A DNA stretch of 64,000 bases, taken from assembly GCA_050250375.1 (NCBI GenBank), contig JBFWOS010000003.1, positions 209,284 through 273,283 of the forward strand. Direction: 5' to 3'. Within the stretch, counting starts at the first letter, position 1, and each line of letters starts with the position of its first letter. The translations under genes and the position numbers were made by a program. This document shows positions 58,123 to 64,000 of the stretch, one piece after another. Under the pieces are notes generated by a model. The model was not told where the DNA came from and did not search any database. It was given only the letters and a program-made list of their open reading frames with translations. The DNA comes from Candidatus Omnitrophota bacterium (lineage in GTDB: Bacteria > Omnitrophota > Gorgyraeia > Zapsychrales > Zapsychraceae).

Positions 58123-59307
58123 TTAATTGTTATATACCTTCAACGTTTCCTCAGCGATATGGTCCCATGAAAAAGTTGTTTCGGCGGTCAATCGTCCGTT
58201 ACGCCCCATCCATTGGGCATGCTCCCTTTTTTCCAACATTGTTCCCAATCCCCAGTTGATCGAATCAGGCTGCGGATTGACCTTGTAACCGTTAACATCA
58301 TGCCAGACTATTTCTGACGGACCACCCTGGCTAGAGGCCACGACCGGTTTGCCGGCACTCCAGGCCTCAAGGATAACAATACCAAACGGTTCATTTCGGC
58401 TCGGAACGACCACACAGTCCGCCGTCTTAAACAAATCTTTCAGCCGCCAGCCGTTGACACTCCCTAAAAAACGGGTGGCATGATAAACATTTCTCTGCCG
58501 GCTCAAATCTTCACAATAAGAACGCATCCCGCCTTCTCCGGCAAACACAAACTTGGCATTAGGATAATGATATAAAATATTGGGAATACTTTCAATAAGA
58601 ATATCCGGCCCTTTCTGGTAAACCATCCGGCCCACCAAAAGGATAATCGGGTCATCCACCCCGATTTCATAAAGCTTGCGAACCGCCAAGGCATCAATCC
58701 AGCCGTCAAACTGGTTCACATTCACACCGTTATAGACTACATTAAGTTTATCATCCGGAGAGCTATATAGCCATTTTAGTTCTTCTTTGAGTGTCTTTGA
58801 AACGGCAATCACCCGGTTAGCGTGATAGATGCCGCTCCATTCCAGATGCGAAACTTCTTCGGAATGCATCCCCCCAAAATTATTCCCGCACCGGCCGTAT
58901 TCGGTTGAATGCATCGTCAGGATAGCTTTGTAATCGCGCATTTGTTTAAGCCAGATGATCACATTGGCGGTCAGCCAGTCATGCGAGTGAACAATATCAA
59001 AAGAGCCGCTATTTCTTTCGGTTGCCAGAAAACTTTCGAGAAAGGCCCGGCACATACTCTCCACATCATCTTTAAAATGATGATGAAAATGATATGAACA
59101 GCGGTGGTAACAAACTCCGTTGATCCATTCTTCCGGGGACTGGCCGTTGTCTATTCTGGTAAAAACATGGACTTCATGGCCTTTTTTGGCCAAAGCTCCG
59201 GAAAGGTCGCTGACATGCACAGCGATCCCGCCGACAGCGATCGAATGAAGTGATTCCCAGGAAAAAAACGCAATTTTCATAGTGATATTTATTAAATTGT
59301 TTGCCAA
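58123..59307 (-). CDS. Glycosyltransferase family 4 (glycogen synthase-like)
   Basis: GT-B fold with C-terminal EPFGIVILEAWSAGKPVVAS (EX7E region). The start is probably the internal Met at 59280 (MKIAFFSWES…). Confidence 0.7.
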   Translation of the reverse strand: MANNLINITMKIAFFSWESLHSIAVGGIAVHVSDLSGALAKKGHEVHVFTRIDNGQSPEEWINGVCYHRCSYHFHHHFKDDVESMCRAFLESFLATERNSGSFDIVHSHDWLTANVIIWLKQMRDYKAILTMHSTEYGRCGNNFGGMHSEEVSHLEWSGIYHANRVIAVSKTLKEELKWLYSSPDDKLNVVYNGVNVNQFDGWIDALAVRKLYEIGVDDPIILLVGRMVYQKGPDILIESIPNILYHYPNAKFVFAGEGGMRSYCEDLSRQRNVYHATRFLGSVNGWRLKDLFKTADCVVVPSRNEPFGIVILEAWSAGKPVVASSQGGPSEIVWHDVNGYKVNPQPDSINWGLGTMLEKREHAQWMGRNGRLTAETTFSWDHIAEETLKVYNN

Positions 59308-59521
59308 AAAACTATACGCACAAGGAGAAAAAGTATTGGGTGAAGATTGTTTTTCTAAGAAATAACGGCTGCAATCGGGTGATTTTTCTTGATTGAGATC
59401 TCAATCGAGAAAACCGATTATATCATAGTTCTTAATTTTAAGTAAACAATTATTCATATCCCGTTCATTGGCAGGGAATTATCTGTTTTTTCTTTGCATA
59501 CGGTAATTTACATAATACAAT

Positions 59522-59737
59522 ATGGCCATGAGAAAAAATAAAGGCCTTACACTATTCGAACTAACCATTGCGGTTGTGTGTGCGATCGTGATAACCCTGA
59601 CCCTTATCGTGTTCAATCGGCTCAACACGAAGAACACCAAGTTCTCGGATCACATCACGAACAGTCACGGCATTGACTGTTCCGTTAACGCCGCCACCCG
59701 CAAACAATGCGCCGAATTCGGCATCTCTAATCAATAA
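59522..59737 (+). CDS. Short prepilin-like ORF (71 aa), possibly a pilin fragment
   Basis: MAMRKNKG-LTLFELTIAVVCAIV resembles a type IV prepilin leader (Gly, then Glu at +5). There is no clear SD, and it is far shorter than a normal pilin. Confidence 0.2.
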   Translation: MAMRKNKGLTLFELTIAVVCAIVITLTLIVFNRLNTKNTKFSDHITNSHGIDCSVNAATRKQCAEFGISNQ

Positions 59738-59744
59738 AGACAAA

Positions 59745-59978
59745 TTATTGAATGAACTGTTGTTCACCGAAACATGAACATTGCGGGCCTGACATCACAT
59801 TCCATTTGAATTCATGCCCGGGATACCCTTGAGCCGTGCATTCCTGCATGCACACGTTAGCTCTTTCTTCCGATTCGGTATTCTTTTTGTAAGCAAAGTT
59901 CAACAAATACGCGACAATAGGAAGCACAACGATAAGTAAAATAATCGTACGTATTGAAGAATTATTCTTTTCAGCCAT
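59745..59978 (-). CDS. Hypothetical small membrane protein with Cys-rich C-terminus
   Basis: 77 aa with one TM helix, then CMQECTAQGY…CSCF. Confidence 0.3.
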   Translation of the reverse strand: MAEKNNSSIRTIILLIVVLPIVAYLLNFAYKKNTESEERANVCMQECTAQGYPGHEFKWNVMSGPQCSCFGEQQFIQ

Positions 59979-60068
59979 TTTAGCCGCCTGTTTTAGGTTA
60001 ATAATTAATTCATGTTAACACAATTAGCCGGTAAACGGAATACAACGATCAAATAATTAAAACGGACT

Positions 60069-60338
60069 TCAAACGCTTTTGTACAAAACATATAGTATGA
60101 TGAGTGCCTGTAAAAATAAAACGCACCGGAAAATCCATTGAAATGATTTCTTAGCCGTCTTATGGCGGAATATCTTTTGCCCGGCCAAGGCCCCGACACT
60201 GCCTCCTAATAAAGATAACAGGTGCAGCCATTTCTCGGAAATCCTGTGTTTACTTTGTTTAGCCTTAATTTTATCAACCGCATAAACCAGGAATGTGAGG
60301 ATATTGATCGACAGAATATAATAGATGAGAAAAACCAT
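60069..60338 (-). CDS. DUF1294-family small membrane protein
   Basis: 89 aa with YAVDKIKAKQSKHRISEKWLHLLSLLGGSVGALAGQ, matching the DUF1294 core. Confidence 0.5.
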   Translation of the reverse strand: MVFLIYYILSINILTFLVYAVDKIKAKQSKHRISEKWLHLLSLLGGSVGALAGQKIFRHKTAKKSFQWIFRCVLFLQALIILYVLYKSV

Positions 60339-61190
60339 TTAATCGAAGATAACGGTTTTATTGTTATAACATAAAACTTTGCGTTCGATGTGCCAGCGCA
60401 CCGCACGGTTTAATACCATCCGTTCCAGGTCGCTCCCTTCGCGCTTCAGTTCTTCAAGAGAATCGCTGTGGCTGACCCGGACCGTATCCTGTTCAATAAT
60501 TGGACCTTCATCCAGATCTGCTGTCACATAATGACTGGTGGCGCCGATAATCTTAACCCCTTTTTTGTAAGCCCGGGCATAGGGGTTCCGTCCGGCAAAG
60601 GCAGGTAAGAATGAATGGTGAATATTGATGATTTTGTTCGGATAGCGCTCCACGAATAACGGTGATAAAATCTGATGATACCGGGCCAGGATTATCAATT
60701 CGATGTTCTCTTCCGCTAATATCTTCAGCTGCTGGTTTTCCAGCTCCGGCTTATTTTCCGCTGTGGCAGGGGTTTCAATGTATTTGACATCAAAATTCCC
60801 GGCGATATGCTTCGCATCCGGATGATTGCTGACGACAACAGGAATGTCGCAGTTTAATTCACCGCTCCGGTACCGGTACAGCAAATCATGCAGGCAGTGC
60901 AGGTGTTTGGATACAAAAACCGCGGTCCGGATCCGGTCTCCCGTAAAGTAGAGATTCCACTGCATATTGAACCGGCTGGCAATGGGAGAAAATGCGGCCC
61001 CGATCTGGTCTTTCTTCAGATCAAATCCATCGAGGGACCACTGGATCCGCATAAAAAACGTATTCGACTGCTCGTCAATGTGCTGGTCGGCATGGATGAT
61101 GTTTCCGTTATGTTTAAAAACAAAATCCGACACTGTGGCGGTAATCCCGCGCTGATCAGCCGATGAGATCAACAATATCGCATCGTTCAC
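60339..61190 (-). CDS. purU: Formyltetrahydrofolate deformylase
   Basis: 283 aa with an N-terminal ACT domain and a formyl-transferase domain (…HHSFLPAF…). Confidence 0.85.
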   Translation of the reverse strand: MNDAILLISSADQRGITATVSDFVFKHNGNIIHADQHIDEQSNTFFMRIQWSLDGFDLKKDQIGAAFSPIASRFNMQWNLYFTGDRIRTAVFVSKHLHCLHDLLYRYRSGELNCDIPVVVSNHPDAKHIAGNFDVKYIETPATAENKPELENQQLKILAEENIELIILARYHQILSPLFVERYPNKIINIHHSFLPAFAGRNPYARAYKKGVKIIGATSHYVTADLDEGPIIEQDTVRVSHSDSLEELKREGSDLERMVLNRAVRWHIERKVLCYNNKTVIFD

Positions 61191-61256
61191 AAGAGTATTC
61201 CTTTCTCATTTGAAATTCATAGAAAATATCGTTGCATAGATCATGGGAAAGATCAA

Positions 61257-62573
61257 TCAGTGATTTTCCCGGCTAAGAATATCAACCAGCTCTTCGAGAG
61301 CTTTTTTCGATTCCTGAAACAAGGCCGTCGATTTAAAGTCATGGATTTCCAATGTTGCCCTGTAATGCCGGACGACCCAATCTTCAAGGATCCGGAACTT
61401 CCGGTCATCCAATAAAAAACCCGGATTGACCTGTTCCAGTTCATCATCCGTCAGCGGGACCCGCAAACGCAGGCAGGCCGGACCTCCGCCGTTAAGCATA
61501 CTCTGTTTTAAGGAAACAAATTTGACTTCGTCAACGGGGTTGTCGGAATGCAATATATTTTCAATGACTTCTTTCGACCGGCCGTCTTCAGATTCAACCG
61601 GGGCAATCAAAAGCATTTTTCCGTCAGGTTTGGTGACCAGTTGACTATTAAACAAATAAGAACCGACCGCCTCCTCGACCGTAAGCTGGGAATCCGTCAC
61701 TTTAATCAAAAACAATTCCGTTGCGTTAAGCCGCTCAAACTTGGCCTTGATTTCTTCCATTAATCGCTCCGTATCACTATAAGCCTGCTCATGAAAAATA
61801 AAGACGTTTTCATTACTCATCGCGATCACGTCGTTATGAAAAACACCCTGTTCAATCACCGCCGGATTCTGCCGGGCCAGGACAACCTGATCCTGGTCTA
61901 ACCGGTGATTCCGGATTATCTGTTGCGCGGCGGCAAGACACTGGCGCGCCGGATACTTTAAGGCTGACTCCTCTTCTTCTCCTTTTCCATATACAAAAAT
62001 ATGCAGACCTTTATCCCCATGCCGGGCGCATAAACGCATGTGATTGGCCGCCCCTTCATCACACATATGCCGATCCTCAAGAGATGGATGAACAATAAAC
62101 CGGTCGGAAGGAAATATCTGTTTCAAAAACTCATAAGTCTGGCCTGATTCATACGAACGGTGTTCATATGAAAAAAGATTGGCCGGTGTAATGTGTACTT
62201 TTGAATCGCCGGTATCAATGGATGGCGTGACCGTGGCCGCGTTAGCCACCCACATCGAAGAAGCGCTGGAGGCCGTCAGTAAAAGATTAAAATTATGCTG
62301 CACCGCTTTAATGATGATTTCCTGGTCATCACCGGTATAACCATGTTGCCGCAATATGTCGACATTCGGCCTGGTCTGTGGAGGAATGAACCCCTGCCTG
62401 ATCCCGTGCGAATAAACCAACTTCATCTTGGAAAGTCCTTCCAGGGCGGCCTGCCGGGGATGGGATACTGAATGCCGGTTGTTCATGGAAGCGATATTCC
62501 CGAAGGCCAGCCCGGAAAAATTGTGTGTCGGGCCGATCAGCCCGTCAAAGTTGACTTCATGAACTTTGTTCAT
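61257..62573 (-). CDS. astB: N-succinylarginine dihydrolase
   Basis: 438 aa with the N-terminus MNKVHEVNFDGLIGPTHNFSGLAFGNIAS, collinear with AstB. Confidence 0.85.
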   Translation of the reverse strand: MNKVHEVNFDGLIGPTHNFSGLAFGNIASMNNRHSVSHPRQAALEGLSKMKLVYSHGIRQGFIPPQTRPNVDILRQHGYTGDDQEIIIKAVQHNFNLLLTASSASSMWVANAATVTPSIDTGDSKVHITPANLFSYEHRSYESGQTYEFLKQIFPSDRFIVHPSLEDRHMCDEGAANHMRLCARHGDKGLHIFVYGKGEEEESALKYPARQCLAAAQQIIRNHRLDQDQVVLARQNPAVIEQGVFHNDVIAMSNENVFIFHEQAYSDTERLMEEIKAKFERLNATELFLIKVTDSQLTVEEAVGSYLFNSQLVTKPDGKMLLIAPVESEDGRSKEVIENILHSDNPVDEVKFVSLKQSMLNGGGPACLRLRVPLTDDELEQVNPGFLLDDRKFRILEDWVVRHYRATLEIHDFKSTALFQESKKALEELVDILSRENH

Positions 62574-62575
62574 AA

Positions 62576-63415
62576 TTAAACACTTTTCTTTTTGTTGTCC
62601 GTACTTTCAAAGATCTTGTCAGCCGATTGCGCGACAAAACCTGAAAACAGTTTTCCGTTAGGCAACGGATACCTCCGGGCGAACTCGTAATAACAGGCCG
62701 GAATTGTTTTGGTCTGATCAGAAAATTTTACTTCGACCTGATGCGCCAGCGTTGACGATTGTTCCAGAAATTCCTGCGGCGACCCTTTGATTTCCCCGCC
62801 GGAAGCATTTAAAGGATATCCGCTGTTTTTGATAAATTTGTTAAAATCCTGCAAATCTTTAAATGTTTTAAGCGCATTAAACAGGACAGTAAAATGGTTC
62901 GCCCTGAACCCAAAGACAGACATCCAGCCGGCATATTCACTTTCTTCCTTCAATTGATGGTAAGTGTCATAAGAAACACTTTTCCAGATCCGCCCGCTGA
63001 CCGGAAAGTCGTCGGCCGTGACGGCTTTGGAAGAAACCTGATCGACCAATCCTTCGATTGTCTCCTTAAGGTAGGGAGAACATTCTTCCAATTTTAATTC
63101 ACTGATGAAGACCCGCGGGTATTGCGGATCTTTATGTTCAAAATGTTTCGCGAACAGTTTCTTGGAGGGAAATTCATACTCCCCGCTGGCCTGATATCCA
63201 TGTTTCGTGAAATGCGCCGCGACCGCATCTATACCCACTTTCTTGATATTAAATGTCCGAAACGCAATGTGGTCATTAAGAATGACTTCGCCTCGCTTCT
63301 GGAGCAGTTGATGAATCTCCATGGCCTGTTTGTTCATGCCTGCATAGTCGTCCCACAATGCCTTTAACAAATCATCGAGATTTTTCATTTTCTCTTCTCC
63401 CATCTTGTTCATCAC
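62576..63415 (-). CDS. DUF1338 (YdcJ/HglS-like) metalloenzyme-fold protein
   Basis: 279 aa with the hallmark …NDHIAFRTF… motif. The start is possibly the internal Met near 63388. Confidence 0.6.
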   Translation of the reverse strand: MMNKMGEEKMKNLDDLLKALWDDYAGMNKQAMEIHQLLQKRGEVILNDHIAFRTFNIKKVGIDAVAAHFTKHGYQASGEYEFPSKKLFAKHFEHKDPQYPRVFISELKLEECSPYLKETIEGLVDQVSSKAVTADDFPVSGRIWKSVSYDTYHQLKEESEYAGWMSVFGFRANHFTVLFNALKTFKDLQDFNKFIKNSGYPLNASGGEIKGSPQEFLEQSSTLAHQVEVKFSDQTKTIPACYYEFARRYPLPNGKLFSGFVAQSADKIFESTDNKKKSV

Positions 63416-63465
63416 TTCCTTTTCAGAAGGAACTGACGAGGTTAGCCATCAAAGATGGCGACCTT

Positions 63466-64000
63466 TTAATCAATGACAATTCCCGGTAACATCGTTTCCG
63501 GTAAATCCAACTCAGGAAATTCCATCGTTGCCACAGGATAAGAACAATAATCCGCCGCAAAATAAGCGCTCGGCCGGTGGTTTCCGCTTTTACCAATTCC
63601 TCCGAAAGGTGCTTTAGAGGATGCCCCCGTAGTCGGACGGTTCCAGTTAACAATCCCGGCCCGGGACAAATTAAAAAACTTTTGGTATTCTTCTTTTTTG
63701 TTCGTCAATATTCCCGCAGCCAATCCATAATTCGTGTTATTTGCTTCTGCGATGGCCTCATCCAAATCATTGACCTGAACCACCTGCAAAAGCGGACCGA
63801 AGATTTCGACATCAACTTTTTTGGGAATCGCATTAACATCCATCAGGCCCGGCGTCAGCATCGCCCGTCCGTCGACCAGCTTCATCGGAAATAAAATCTG
63901 ACCACCCATTTGCACCAGACGCACCTGCCAATCCAGGATTGTTTGGGCGGATCGTTTTGAAATGACCGGACCCATAAACGGTTGCGGTGATTCATCATAA
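63466..64000 (-). CDS. astD: Succinylglutamate-semialdehyde dehydrogenase (AstD-like aldehyde dehydrogenase). C-terminal part only, because the gene start lies beyond the window.
   Basis: An ALDH C-terminal region (…EESPQPFMGPVIS…APFGGIGKSGNHRPSAYFAADYCSYPVA…) resembling the AstD tail. The reading frame stays open to position 64000. Confidence 0.65.
   Translation of the reverse strand, partial: YDESPQPFMGPVISKRSAQTILDWQVRLVQMGGQILFPMKLVDGRAMLTPGLMDVNAIPKKVDVEIFGPLLQVVQVNDLDEAIAEANNTNYGLAAGILTNKKEEYQKFFNLSRAGIVNWNRPTTGASSKAPFGGIGKSGNHRPSAYFAADYCSYPVATMEFPELDLPETMLPGIVID

Noticed and set aside
63423-63653. 76-aa minus-strand ORF overlapping the astD C-terminal region in another frame
   Set aside because: It lies inside the aldehyde dehydrogenase coding region and has no independent support.
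1-64000. CRISPR arrays, tRNA/rRNA genes, IS elements, integrases
   Set aside because: I looked for spaced direct repeats, cloverleaf-like GC-rich blocks in intergenic regions, and transposase/integrase-like ORFs, especially around the GC-rich nuclease gene. None was found, but detection by eye of tRNAs and sRNAs is unreliable.

Overview
The window is a dense bacterial chromosomal segment, about 90% coding, with roughly 45% GC overall and one clearly GC-richer gene at 53.05-54.08 kb. By gene content (astB/astD, pst-pho, oprO/P-type porin, PEP-CTERM, pilVWX-like pseudopilins) it most probably comes from a low-GC proteobacterium. I found no rRNA, tRNA, CRISPR array or transposase by eye.

Main blocks:
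1. 1-13.9 kb: a 13-gene minus-strand assimilatory nitrate/nitrite operon, gene packing very tight. Order: mobA, MOSC protein, OM porin, nasA-like molybdopterin nitrate reductase, a DmsB-like 4x[4Fe-4S] ferredoxin fused to a DmsC/NrfD-like membrane anchor, a degenerate NirD-like protein, nrtDCBA ABC transporter, a 47-aa sORF, nirD, nirB. A PAS-LuxR regulator lies upstream.
2. 15.3-21.7 kb: housekeeping run (lgt, Trm112-like, SufE, dcd, MogA/MoaB, FolE2, Nudix, HAD fusion).
3. 21.9-26.1 kb: MoxR AAA ATPase, DUF58, membrane transglutaminase triad.
4. 26.1-30.8 kb: envelope and secreted hypotheticals, including a five-repeat membrane protein, plus an orphan truncated MurF-like ligase.
5. 31.2-39.9 kb: a complete Pho regulon module (OprO/P-like porin, pstSCAB, phoU, convergent phoBR).
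6. 40-45.6 kb: radical SAM, cupin, CpxP-like, then a UvrD-family helicase next to an Endonuclease-Q-like PHP nuclease.
7. 45.7-49.1 kb: a PEP-CTERM protein downstream of PilV/PilW/PilX-like minor pilins.
8. 49.3-52.8 kb: MORN-repeat protein, PLD-family lipoprotein, ppa.
9. 53.0-54.5 kb: a GC-rich DUF1016_N-staphylococcal-nuclease fusion gene sitting directly beside the N-terminal remnant of an adenine DNA methyltransferase. I read this as a probable decayed restriction-modification or defence islet carrying a novel nuclease.
10. 54.7-59.3 kb: DUF2934, GH57 branching enzyme, DUF4912, GT4 glycogen-synthase-like.
11. 60-64 kb: DUF1294, purU, astB, DUF1338, astD (partial).

The most unusual items are the ferredoxin-DmsC fusion inside the nas operon, the DUF1016_N-SNase gene with the methylase scar, the tandem-repeat envelope operon, and the UvrD-EndoQ pair.
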